Origin: Tubulanus polymorphus
Taxonomy: Eukaryota; Animalia; Nemertea
Direction: 5' to 3'
DNA length: 64,000 nt
NCBI RefSeq assembly: GCF_964204645.1
Contig: NC_134027.1
Coordinates: forward strand, 16,400,485-16,464,484
Shown here: positions 1 to 12,320 of the stretch, one piece after another
Layout: each line of letters starts with the position of its first letter
Numbering within the stretch: position 1 is the first letter of the stretch
Notes under the pieces: generated by a model
The model's database searches: none
The model's input: only the letters and a program-made list of their open reading frames with translations
What the model was told of the DNA's origin: nothing
Translations under genes and position numbers: made by a program

Positions 1-516
1 CCGGATACCTAAAGTTAGATCAATCAAGATAGAAAATAAGGCAGATTCGTTTCAGGGATAGTAATTACAAACTCTCCACCAGCCTTCATGTTTGCTGATT
101 ACCATTTCTGGCCGAAACGAACGTGCCAGAACAGGGGCTGTGGAGCAGGGGAGGGTTAGGAGTCTTTAGTACCCTACCCCACCTCCACCCCCCGATATTT
201 TGTTACCTCAGAAATTCCAATTGTAAAAAATGTTCCATATCCTCTTCAAATATTCTTTAAATATTCTTGGAGGAGAACCTTCTTAAAAAACTGTGTATGA
301 CGCTCTCAGTGTTCATCATCACTGCACGGGACGTTAGACACTGCTAGTCGAGCAGCAGTCAGTTGCACGGGATTTAAACCACTTAAACACTTCGGTCAGG
401 ACTTTGCTTACATTCTAAAGTCATCAAGACGGCGCCTGAAGAGTGCATTAAAATAGACCGAAATTTCAAAGTTTTCCAGCCAAATCTGAAAACATATTTG
501 CTAAAACAATTTGAAT

Positions 517-636
517 ATGCAAATTCACTGCAGAAACATCTGAAAATATGTAGAACTCAAATCGTTTTTTTACGTATCTTAAATCTCGTAATTTTACGTC
601 CAATCCGATATGAATTAATGCGCGTAATATGCAAAT
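517..636 (+). promoter_or_regulatory. Two octamer motifs (ATGCAAAT) upstream of the peptide gene
   Basis: ATGCAAAT at 517-524 and 629-636, repeated in copy 2 at +6620. Function is inferred only. Confidence 0.3.
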
Positions 637-903
637 TTACGACAAACACATTGTGCAACGAAAGAATTATTATTATCCGATTAGAATCCGATTATTATTT
701 TGAAATGAAATACCTAAAATCGAGCACTTTTCGCTGAATTGTCTGCACACTCAAGTCTACAACAACATTCAGGTACAGTCAATTACTGAACGGTCGCTAA
801 TGTATCAAAAGTATTGATATTTTAAATTTCATTTCGTACCAATGAATCCATTGTAACTAATGTTATACCTTGCAGATATATTCGATGTGATTCATTTTTC
901 AGA

Positions 904-1652
904 ATGTTTACCAAAACTCTTTTCGTCGCCCTCGCCATTTTCATGGTCGTTGGAGCCGTCGCTGCCGAAGGTAATTTGATCTTTCGATTTGATATGAGTT
1001 TCATTCTGACGATTTTTCCCCGTCATACGAAGTCTTCTGTCTCCGTAAGGCGTGACGGTTGCGCGCACGTTATTTTGTTTGATCTTCTTATTCTTAGATA
1101 ACGGTTCTGATTTAACTATTTGGTAACTTCAATTCCTGGACTTGGTTAGAAACGATTCATACCCGTTTTAAACAGGTCGCTATATATGTGGCAAACATTG
1201 ACCTACTACGAGTAGAATTCCGTATCTTAATTCATTCAAGTTTTCATTTTAATGAGTTTTGAAATAATTTTTTGAGGCATATTTTGTTGTTGTTGATTTG
1301 ACGTTTGTATCCTTTGGATAACCACATATTTCTATACCCACGGATGCTCCTGCATAAACCATACACTGTTAAGAACGATACGGTATTTGATGCTTGGTAC
1401 CGAATATTGGTATTTGGAAAATTGAAATCAAGTAGACTCCAGAATAGACAGTCATAACTGAAATCGGATGTTGATCTTAAGTTGTGACGCATGTGTCGTA
1501 TTTTTTCAATTTCAGAAGTCAAAATTGAGAAGAGAGGAATCCCTTGCACCTGCGTCGGCAACGGCAAAAGAGGAACCTGGTGGTTGTTCGGTGGACCAAA
1601 CCATAACTGCTGTAAGGGTAGCGCATTGGCTATTGGAAAATGTTGCTATTAG
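904..1652 (+). CDS. Secreted cysteine-rich peptide precursor (beta-defensin/anemone-toxin-like), copy 1; coding exons 904-970 and 1516-1652
   Basis: GAAG|GTAAT donor at 970/971 and TTTCAG| acceptor at 1515 (phase 1). Spliced product is MFTKTLFVALAIFMVVGAVAAEEVKIEKR-GIPCTCVGNGKRGTWWLFGGPNHNCCKGSALAIGKCCY*: hydrophobic signal, KR cleavage site, 6 Cys. Probable 5'UTR intron 773-902; AATAAA at 1711. Confidence 0.88.
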
Positions 1653-1710
1653 TTGAATGACTGAATGTTTTCTATCCTTTGATTATTTTGATTTTGTCAG
1701 AAAACGTTCA

Positions 1711-1716
1711 AATAAA
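1711..1716 (+). terminator. Polyadenylation signal of peptide gene copy 1 (copy 2 at 8331-8336)
   Basis: AATAAA about 60 nt after the stop codon. Confidence 0.6.
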
Positions 1717-3715
1717 ATTGTAAAAAGTACAAATCTCTAGTGATAATTAGCTGTTTAGATGCATAGGCCGAGTTTTGGCCTCGTCGTTCCGGTCTCTTGT
1801 CCTCGAGTCTAGTTGGCGCATTATCCTCTTCATTTATGTCGTGCCGCGCTCGTTATTTATTGTATTACGTTTAACTATTTCGTTCACTTACAAAATTATA
1901 ATTTTTTTACCTTGACCTTTGACTAAAGTTATAATTCTGATACGTAGGCTTCAGTATATACACTGATAAAATTGGGAAATTTGAAGTACATACATAATTT
2001 CCGGTTCTAAAAACGTTTTTGTCCGTCGTCGGCTCGGTGACCATTGTGTTAACTTGGTGATGTAGCAGAAGGTGTCCTTCCAATGATTGACGGACGAGGC
2101 CCGATTTTCACACGGGCAGCCGTGACCCAAGCCCGGACTCCAAGGATCTCGGGAATGCTACTGGCCCTTTGGCATCAGACTCAGAGTTGAAATATAAGCT
2201 TATCTGTTTTCTCAAAGAACAATAAAGGGTTTTTTTTATCAATGACAGTCACATTTGCAAACCACCTTTAAGTAGTGGTGAGGGCCGGTGTGCGGCCGCG
2301 TTCACAGATTTGTAATATGAAGGAGTGCTCCGAACATTGGAGCCGTTCAATCGCAACACCATTTTCCTTTACTGCTGCAATACATTTTTATTGACCTAGA
2401 CGGCGCTGTAGTGGCAGAAAATGGCTGCGCCCATATAAACGACTATAAACCGGCAAAAGGTAGAAAGTTTCTAATGTCCGATCGACAGTACCGGTAGCGC
2501 CGCTACTTAGCAATAATAAGAACTAATGTTATTGACGATGTTTTGTTAAGTGGAAAGACGCCGAGTACCAGTATATATCCGATAGGTTCGAATCCCCAAT
2601 TTCTTCGGGATGATTTGATTTTAAAATAGCGATCGTTTTAATAGATTTGGTGTACCTTATTAAACTTACCCACCGTCAACACACCTGCCGGATGTGAAAC
2701 AGGGGACGTCCTATTCCAATGACGCTAAAGATTTTGTGTGAATTTTATGGTACTGTAACGGCGGTATGAATTAAATTCAGCTTAGACTGAGAGTAAAGTA
2801 TTTTAAGGCAAACTCTAATGGGCTAACTGCACATCGTCGAAAGACTTCTCATCCATCGATACTTGATAAAAATGAAATAAAACATCTAGTTCCAATTATC
2901 TCATGTAAGCATAACATTTATTTTGAAAATCTCAACCATACATCAAAACATTTTAAAGCCTTCTATATCAAATGCAATCTTTTGCTAACATAAACAATAG
3001 ACAAATGGCCATATCTCTATCATATTAATTATATCACGAATGCTAAATATTGCGATATTAATTGAAATCGTTCAACCAACAAATGAATTTAGTTAACATA
3101 ATATCATCACAAACCATTCATATCCTTGGCAAAGGACTTATAAGCTTTTAGAATATCCAAACAGGAAAACTTTAGTCTCATTTCTATGCGAGTAGAAATA
3201 CATTATCATTATCTTTGCATTATATATAACATCCATATCTGTGCATTATATATATGTTTATAATGTCATATCTCTTAATAATAATCAATCCAATAATTAG
3301 ATTAATAATACTAATTTATTTATAAATTAATAATTGGTAATTAAACTATCAACTCTGCTATAATTGAGTTACACATGAGGTAAAAAAATTATGGCATAAA
3401 AACTCCTGTCAGAGTAATAGAAGTAACTGTCTAATACATGAAATAACACATTTTATACAATGAACTGAGCTCTGAATCTGATGAAAATATTCAATCTGAG
3501 ATCTTACGAATGATGTTATTTTAGCCCTCTACTTCTGAAAACTGAATAGCGCGCTGTGAACTTCAACTTCAAAACAAATTTGTTGAACAGCAGTGTATCG
3601 AAAAACTGTACGTACAGTGTACCGCGAACTGAACGCGGCGTCTTCTCACTTAGAAAATTATCGACTTGACAGATTAGTTCGATTTTCGACCGCAGCGGCG
3701 CTATACGACATTGGA

Positions 3716-4451
3716 CAAAATTGGCTTATCTTACATATGGTTACAGCAATACACGGAAAATTATAAAACGCTCTCCAAGTACGTGAAACAAGTCCTCCGT
3801 GACCAACACGTACAAGAAATGCTTCAAAAAGTGAATGACGATCAGCAGTATGTTAATTTCAAACTATATAAGAACGATGTTAGGCTTGAAAAATATATAA
3901 CTCAACTTGACGGAAGTCTTGTGCATAGCTTATTCGAATTCAGAATTGGTTCCTATTTATTACCGGTAAATAATCGATCGAACGCTCATATAGACCGAAG
4001 TGAAAGACTGTGCCCTGCCTGTAACACCGTAGGAGATGAGCTTCACTTCATTTATGACTGCACTTTGCTAAGTGATCTGCGTGATAATTCCATCCATTTA
4101 AGTATGTCCAGAAACTTGGAAATATTAAGGAATCCTACCCCACAACTAGCTAAATTTATCCAGTTAGGTTTAAGTTTATACAAATCCCTCCAGTGAATTG
4201 TGTATATACGTGTGATATATCTTGCTGTATATAATTCAATCTCTGTACTTGCTTTGTTTGTAAATAGTTTTATTACTGAAAGTTTGATTTTAAATTTTGT
4301 TAATTCCTATTTTGTTTTGTATATATGTATATAATTCTGTTCATGTTTTGTAAATTTTTATATTCCATATTTTGTATTCAATCTTGCCTCCACGTACCAT
4401 TCTTATGGTTGGAGTGAAATAAATATCTTATCTTATCTTATCTTATCAAAA
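3716..4451 (+). mobile_element. 5'-truncated non-LTR retrotransposon (LINE) 3' end
   Basis: ORF 3711-4196 has the LINE C-terminal motif ERLCPAC..GDELHFIYDC, followed by AATAAA and a (TCTTA)n tail at 4426-4447. It is absent at the paralogous site near 10331-10337. CAAAA flanks both ends. Confidence 0.85.
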
Positions 4452-4610
4452 GAAACTTTCTACCTTTTGCTATAACCCGTTGTTAGAGCAATTTGTGTAA
4501 TGTTGAAACCATCCACAAATCAATCCAATGCGCATGCGCGAATGCGCTGGACTTAGAAAATTCTGAGAAATATCCACGAAAATTGGGAATCGAACACGCA
4601 AGCACAAGAG

Positions 4611-5510
4611 TTCAAATTCAAATTCAAAATAACTTTATTGATCCTTTATGTTCAACATATACATCATTGGATTGACATTTTCAATAAAGTGGACAGGACA
4701 AACAAGAGACATGGAGAATAGAAAAAAAAACAAAAATAATAATGGAGCAGTTTAGAAGGAAATTTTAACATAATTAATGTAACAGAGAATAGGCTATAAA
4801 CATATATACAGTATCATGAATGCAGTAGGATAAGAGTATTAGACATTTATTAACTGCAGCCTATATATAAACTTACAATGAATATATACATACATATACG
4901 TATACATCCACATACACACATATACACACATACATGTGTATCTATATAGTCCACTCAACCCAGAGTAAAGCGGTATCTGTATCCGTGTTTAATTAGAGTT
5001 GTGACGAAAGGTAGCTAGATCATTTACCAGGTTACATACAACTTTGCCTATTTCAGAATCATTGTTATAATTAGAGAAGAGGAGGGCGAATTGTTTATCA
5101 GGGTTTAGGGTTGAGAAGGAAGGGATTGATGTTGGTGAGATGTTTAGTACGGATTGTTGAGAGAGCAGTGCAGTCGAGAAGGAAATGTTTTTCGTCCTCA
5201 ATTTGATTTGAGTTGCAGAGCTTACAGACGGATAGTATTTGAAACCGAATACTTTCATCTGTGATAAGAATACAATTTGTCCTGGAATAAGAAAGCTCGT
5301 CATTTTCAAACCCTTATCTTGCCTCAAATGATTATTCAGTTAATTTCCGGGGAGAGTTGTGGTGATTTAAGGTTTCGATTAGCATTTTACTACCGGCAAA
5401 TCGTTAAAGAATGAAACAACTTCAAAATGTAAGAATCTGAAGTAATCTGAAATTCAAAATAACAAATGATCATTTTATGATCCGTATAAGAGGAGAGGAA
5501 ACAATTATCT
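4611..5510 (-). mobile_element. Degraded LINE 3' end
   Basis: (TTTGAA)n-like tail and AATAAA on the minus strand at 4611-4639. ORF 4989-5327 ends in a LINE-like C-terminus. The upstream boundary is approximate. Confidence 0.55.
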
Positions 5511-5526
5511 ATATAGGATCTTCGCA

Positions 5527-5600
5527 GGGGTGGATTGAGAGGGGTGGATTGAGAAGGGTTGATTGAGAGGGTGGATTGAGAGGGGTGGATTGAGAGGGGT
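5527..5600. repeat. 14-bp G-rich minisatellite (GAGAGGGGTGGATT)n
   Basis: About five tandem copies are visible. Confidence 0.8.
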
Positions 5601-7523
5601 AATCCCCTTCTCAAAAAGGTGCCTTTTTAAGGCCGTTATTGAAATATCTGAAACCGAGGCGGAAAAATCGACCCATTTCTCGTGGTTGATATTGAATATT
5701 AATGTTTTCATTTTTGTTTTCATTTAGCGGGGGCTAAGGCAAATTCGAGAGCAATCGACCCCGAAGTTCTTCCGCCCACATTTTAGTATTTTGTTTTCGA
5801 TATGATCGGATTATGCCCCTTTTTACCAAAAATACAACCTCTGCCCTCTGAAATCCTGGGTCCACCCCTACTTGTTGGTCAGCGATTAGCATCACCAACT
5901 ATTAAATGAAATCTCCTATTACACTTCATATTGGGTGTTTTACTTTCTAAATAAAATTCAATACATCAGACATTTAATAAAAAAAACCCTTATTTCAATA
6001 AAACTGGTTCCAGGTGTATTTTTCAGGATTTGAATAAATATCGCCAAACGGTTTGCTACCAATACTTAGAAAACAATGCAGTCATCAAAGCGGATTTGCA
6101 TGTGCCATGGCGTACACGAATTCGAAATAAACCTTTATGAGTTTTTTTTTGTCGTGTATCATAAATCTAAATATATAAAACACACAGTTGCGGTACTTAA
6201 AACGTGGCAACTCGACAACATGTTTGTTTTTCATCAAGTGACAAATTTTTGTAGCTAAGGCCCAAAGCATAATTTCATAGATCGTTTCAACCCTAAATCC
6301 AACACTGTTGAGCGCTGTCAATGTGTTCATCTTATCATTTCGATTTGAAAAGATTCATTCTTAATCGTCTAGTTTATTTCTCATTCGCGAGTCAAAGATT
6401 CGCGAGTTCACAGTTCTTTGTTAATATTCTGATAAAATAACTCACTTTGTTAATAACTCTGATAAAATGTCGAAAATGAACTGATTTTAACCCAAGAATG
6501 CTTGTAGCAAAGTCCTACGTACGTGCTACAAGAAATTTGACTGTCCTTTGCGCGAGATCTGATCATTCCATTCATTACTATACTGAATATATCCGTATGG
6601 CAAAGAATCTATTGCCGATACCGGATACCTAAAGTTAGATCAATCAAGATAGAAAATAAGGCAGATTCGTTTCAGGGATAGTAATTACAAACTCTCCACC
6701 AGCCTTCATGTTTGCTGATTACCATTTCTGGCCGAAACGAACGTGCCAGAACAGGGGCTGTGGAGCAGGGGAGGGTTAGGAGTCTTTAGTACCCTACCCC
6801 ACCTCCACCCCCCGATATTTTGTTACCTCAGAAATTCCAATTGTAAAAAATGTTCCATATCCTCTTCAAATATTCTTTAAATATTCTTGGAGGAGAACCT
6901 TCTTAAAAAACTGTGTATGACGCTCTCAGTGTTCATCATCACTGCACGGGACGTTAGACACTGCTAGTCGAGCAGCAGTCAGTTGCACGGGATTTAAACC
7001 ACTTAAACACTTCGGTCAGGACTTTGCTTACATTCTAAAGTCATCAAGACGGCGCCTGAAGAGTGCATTAAAATAGACCGAAATTTCAAAGTTTTCCAGC
7101 CAAATCTGAAAACATATTTGCTAAAACAATTTGAATATGCAAATTCACTGCAGAAACATCTGAAAATATGTAGAACTCAAATCGTTTTTTTACGTATCTT
7201 AAATCTCGTAATTTTACGTCCAATCCGATATGAATTAATGCGCGTAATATGCAAATTTACGACAAACACATTGTGCAACGAAAGAATTATTATTATCCGA
7301 TTAGAATCCGATTATTATTTTGAAATGAAATACCTAAAATCGAGCACTTTTCGCTGAATTGTCTGCACACTCAAGTCTACAACAACATTCAGGTACAGTC
7401 AATTACTGAACGGTCGCTAATGTATCAAAAGTATTGATATTTTAAATTTCATTTCGTACCAATGAATCCATTGTAACTAATGTTATACCTTGCAGATATA
7501 TTCGATGTGATTCATTTTTCAGA

Positions 7524-8272
7524 ATGTTTACCAAAACTCTTTTCGTCGCCCTCGCCATTTTCATGGTCGTTGGAGCCGTCGCTGCCGAAGGTAATTTGAT
7601 CTTTCGATTTGATATGAGTTTCATTCTGACGATTTTTCCCCGTCATACGAAGTCTTCTGTCTCCGTAAGGCGTGACGGTTGCGCGCACGTTATTTTGTTT
7701 GATCTTCTTATTCTTAGATAACGGTTCTGATTTAACTATTTGGTAACTTCAATTCCTGGACTTGGTTAGAAACGATTCATACCCGTTTTAAACAGGTCGC
7801 TATATATGTGGCAAACATTGACCTACTACGAGTAGAATTCCGTATCTTAATTCATTCAAGTTTTCATTTTAATGAGTTTTGAAATAATTTTTTGAGGCAT
7901 ATTTTGTTGTTGTTGATTTGACGTTTGTATCCTTTGGATAACCACATATTTCTATACCCACGGATGCTCCTGCATAAACCATACACTGTTAAGAACGATA
8001 CGGTATTTGATGCTTGGTACCGAATATTGGTATTTGGAAAATTGAAATCAAGTAGACTCCAGAATAGACAGTCATAACTGAAATCGGATGTTGATCTTAA
8101 GTTGTGACGCGTGTGTCGTATTTTTTCAATTTCAGAAGTCAAAATTGAGAAGAGAGGAATCCCTTGCACCTGCGTCGGCAACGGCAAAAGAGGAACCTGG
8201 TGGTTGTTCGGTGGACCAAACCATAACTGCTGTAAGGGTAGCGCATTGGCTATTGGAAAATGTTGCTATTAG
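7524..8272 (+). CDS. Secreted cysteine-rich peptide precursor, copy 2; coding exons 7524-7590 and 8136-8272
   Basis: Coding exons and splice sites are identical to copy 1. One intronic SNP was seen (1491 A vs 8111 G). Confidence 0.88.
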
Positions 8273-10572
8273 TTGAATGACTGAATGTTTTCTATCCTTT
8301 GATTATTTTGATTTTGTCAGAAAACGTTCAAATAAAATTGTAAAAAGTACAAATCTCTAGTGATAATTAGCTGTTTAGATGCATAGGCCGAGTTTTGGCC
8401 TCGTCGTTCCGGTCTCTTGTCCTCGAGTCTAGTTGGCGCATTATCCTCTTCATTTATGTCGTGCCGCGCTCGTTATTTATTGTATTACGTTTAACTATTT
8501 CGTTCACTTACAAAATTATAATTTTTTTACCTTGACCTTTGACTAAAGTTATAATTCTGATACGTAGGCTTCAGTATATACACTGATAAAATTGGGAAAT
8601 TTGAAGTACATACATAATTTCCGGTTCTAAAAACGTTTTTGTCCGTCGTCGGCTCGGTGACCATTGTGTTAACTTGGTGATGTAGCAGAAGGTGTCCTTC
8701 CAATGATTGACGGACGAGGCCCGATTACACGGGCAGCCGTGACCCAAGCCCGGACTCCAAGGATCTCGGGAATGCTACTGGCCCTTTGGCATCAGACTCA
8801 GAGTTGAAATATAAGCTTATCTGTTTTCTCAAAGAACAATAAAGGGTTTTTTTATCAATGACAGTCACATTTTCAAACCACCTTTAAGTAGTGGTGAGGG
8901 CCGGGGTGCGGCCGCGTTCACAGATTTGTAATATGAAGGAGTGCTCCGAACATTGGAGCCGTTCAATCACAACACCATTTTCCTTTACTGCTGCAATACA
9001 TTTTTATTGACCTAGACGGCGCTGTAGTGGCAGAAAATGGCTGCGCCCATATAAACGACTATAAACTGGGCAAAAGGTAGAAAGTTTCTAATGTCCGATC
9101 GACAGTACCGGTAGCGCCGCTACTTAGCAATAATAAGAACTAATGTTATTGACGATGTTTTGTTAAGTGGAAAGACGCCGAGTACCAGTATATATCCGAT
9201 AGGTTCGAATCCCCAATTTCTTCGGGATGATTTGATTTTAAAATAGCGATCGTTTTAATAGATTTGGTGTACCTTATTAAACTTACCCACCGTCAACACA
9301 CCTGCCGGATGTGAAACAGGGGACGTCCTATTCCAATGACGCTAAAGATTTTGTGTGAATTTTATGGTACTGTAACGGCGGTATGAATTAAATTCAGCTT
9401 AGACTGAGAGTAAAGTATTTTAAGGCAAACTCTAATGGGCTAACTGCACATCGTCGAAAGACTTCTCATCCATCGATACTTGATAAAAATGAAATAAAAC
9501 ATCTAGTTCCAATTATCTCATGTAAGCATAACATTTATTTTGAAAATCTCAACCATACATCAAAACATTTTAAAGCCTTCTATATCAAATGCAATCTTTT
9601 GCTAACATAAACAATAGACAAATGGCCATATCTCTATCATATTAATTATATCACGAATGCTAAATATTGCGATATTAATTGAAATCGTTCAACCAACAAA
9701 TGAATTTAGTTAACATAATATCATCACAAACCATTCATATCCTTGGCAAAGGACTTATAAGCTTTTAGAATATCCAAACAGGAAAACTTTAGTCTCATTT
9801 CTATGCGAGTAGAAATACATTATCATTATCTTTGCATTATATATAACATCCATATCTGTGCATTATATATATGTTTATAATGTCATATCTCTTAATAATA
9901 ATCAATCCAATAATTAGATTAATAATACTAATTTATTTATAAATTAATAATTGGTAATTAAACTATCAACTCTGCTATAATTGAGTTACACATGAGGTAA
10001 AAAAATTATGACATAAAAACTCCTGTCAGAGTAATAGAAGTAACTGTCTAATACATGAAATAACACATTTTATACAATGAACTGAGCTCTGAATCTGATG
10101 AAAATATTCAATCTGAGATCTTACGAATGATGTTATTTTAGCCCTCTACTTCTGAAAACTGAATAGCGCGCTGTGAACTTCAACTTCAAAACAAATTTGT
10201 TGAACAGCAGTGTATCGAAAAACTGTACGTACAGTGTACCGCGAACTGAACGCGGCGTCTTCTCACTTAGAAAATTATCGACTTGACAGATTAGTTCGAT
10301 TTTCGACCGCAGCGGCGCTATACGACATTGGACAAAAGAAACTTTCTACCTTTTGCGTAAACTGGCTTGGATTTTACTTCCGGGTTGTTGATAATCTCGC
10401 GAGAATGGCGCTAAATTTAAACTGCAAATAAATTCAAAATATCACAGAAATACCTCTTGTTGATGTTGTTTATTTATCCACTATAGATTTTCGATAAACA
10501 ATTGGCTGTTAAGCATCAGTATCAGCGGGCGCGACGCCTTACTATATTAAAACAAGGTATATTTCTAAAAGG

Positions 10573-11100
10573 AAATATAGCTGCAAAGCAGCGATAACGG
10601 GTTTTCTGCACAGTCTTTGAATCCTGTTCAATGGTTAATACAGTTTTATAAGAGGAAGCTCGACAAACAGTCAATTAGACCTTCTTGAAACCATGGACAA
10701 CTGAACCAGATGTCCTATTTGACTCTGAAAAATCGACTGTTAGGCGATAATTACTCTTTATGATTTCGACAAAGCATTTAATAAGGTACAACATCAGCCA
10801 TTACTATACTAAACAAGGCTATTAGGAAACAGTATCAATGATAGGTTGCCGAAATGGCTCGGCATTATCTCTGAACGAAAACTTGTAGCCGAAATCAACG
10901 GAACGCTTCATCTTGGATTAAGTCGGTCTAAACTACTGTCTGTCACACATGCTCTTCGTGCTAGTAGAGTCACGCAAGGTAGTATCCTATAAGTCGTCTT
11001 CTGTTTAATGTCCTGACAAATGACATACACAGTAATCCAAAATATACCAGACCGAGTAAATTTCCAAAACGACCTTAAAACACGCTGTTCGACCAAAAAA
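10573..11100 (+). mobile_element. Interspersed repeat starting AAATATAGCT(G/A)CAAAGCAGCGAT and carrying a decayed LINE RT fragment (other copies 19131-19505, 47556-47945)
   Basis: Three homologous copies. Internal reading frames give DFDKAFNKVQH and SGVTQGSILS.LLFN, matching LINE RT motifs DFxKAFDxVxH and GVPQGSxLGP. Confidence 0.65.
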
Positions 11101-11595
11101 CTTAATGATCCGACAAGAAAATCTTGTACGCTTTTTGTTTGAACCAAAACTTTTCTTCATTCTGAAAGCTTTGTTATTGTTGAAATGAAAAACTTTTTGT
11201 CCCGGCAAAAAAATTTGGTTGAGCGAAAACAATTTTTTCGAACGATTGTTTGAATGAAAACAATTCTGTTCGGTTGAACGAAATACTTAATACTTTTGGT
11301 TCGGAGAAAAAACTTTTTACAATATACTTGTTCGAACGAAAAACTTAATGTTCTGAAAAGAAAATTCTGATCAAATTCAAACGATTCTGTTCAATCGAAC
11401 AATTGTTCGAACAAAAAACCTTTCGTTTGGACAAAAAAAAGTTTGTTCAACTTTGTTCTAACGTTTTTTTCGAATTGGTTCAATCGAACAGAATATTATT
11501 GGTTGGAACGAAATAAATTTTGTTCCGAAAAAAGAATTTTCAAGCGAAAGGTCTTTTGAACGAAAAAAAAGATATTTCTGGGGCTCCGCAGTAAC

Positions 11596-12320
11596 TTAAA
11601 GCCGGACATAGGTCAGCCTTGTGACGCGATGCGATCCTCGCGTTGCATCGCAAGTTTCGGTGCAAGTCGGTTGCGATACGATTGTCAGCGACTGTGTGCG
11701 ACTAATGTCTATTTATTAATGGATGAGACCTGTTTTTCTGAGATATTTTGCTTACTTTTTGGGGTACATACCTCATTTATGTCTTAACAGAATGCCAAAA
11801 TCGCGGACAACAACTGAATATCCGATATATTTCCAGTTCTGTACCAATTAGATGGATTGGCAAAAAGACTCCTTAAGTCCAGTTGAATGAGAGAGAAAAT
11901 CCTCCATTTTGTCAAATTTCTTGGATTTGAACATTGTTACCATCTAATTGACACAGAACTGGAAATATATCGGATATTCAGTTGTTGTCCGCGATTTTTG
12001 GCATTCTGTTAAGACATAAATGAGGTATGTACCCCAAAAAGTAAGCAAAATATCCCAGAAAAAACAGGTCTCATCAATTAATAAATAGACATTAGTTTCT
12101 GCCAGTCGCAAGAGCGCGTCGGTTGGTTGTGACAGTCGTGTCGCGTCGCAGAAAGTAGAACACGTGCGACTCCTTGTGACTGGCGTTGCTGAAAGTCGCA
12201 ACCCGTCGCAAGGGATCGTAGGTCGATGAGTCGTTGCGGCACAATTGTCGCTGGCGGTCGCAGTGATAGACGTCGCAGTGAATCACAAGCCGTCGCAAGG
12301 CCGAACTACGCCCTGCTTAA
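11596..12320. mobile_element. MITE-like element with imperfect TIRs, flanked by TTAA
   Basis: Left end TTAAAGCCGGACATAGGTCAGCCTTGTGAC versus reverse complement of the right end TTAAGCAGGGCGTAGTTCGGCCTTGCGAC. Confidence 0.45.
11701..12096. mobile_element. Fold-back MITE with ~155-bp inverted repeats, nested in the previous element; partial copy at 12561-12805
   Basis: 11701-11855 is the near-perfect reverse complement of 11940-12096. Confidence 0.8.

Larger units (their letters stand above)
1..10356. repeat. Tandem segmental duplication, offset 6620 bp (1-4470 matches 6621-10356 apart from a LINE insertion in copy 1)
   Basis: The sequence at 1 recurs verbatim at 6621, and identical ORFs recur 6620 bp apart. 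Homology ends after TACCTTTTGC (4470/10356). A few SNPs and indels are visible, mostly around 2100-2460. Confidence 0.95.

Noticed and set aside
904-1656. ORF-track proteins 904-1101 and 1468-1656 (and their duplicates)
   Set aside because: The first is read-through into the intron and the second is the wrong frame of exon 2; the spliced model explains both.
2000-2200. Possible second Cys-peptide exon on the minus strand (GCPCEN...FCY)
   Set aside because: Only three Cys, no clear acceptor or signal exon, and a 4-bp indel in copy 2.
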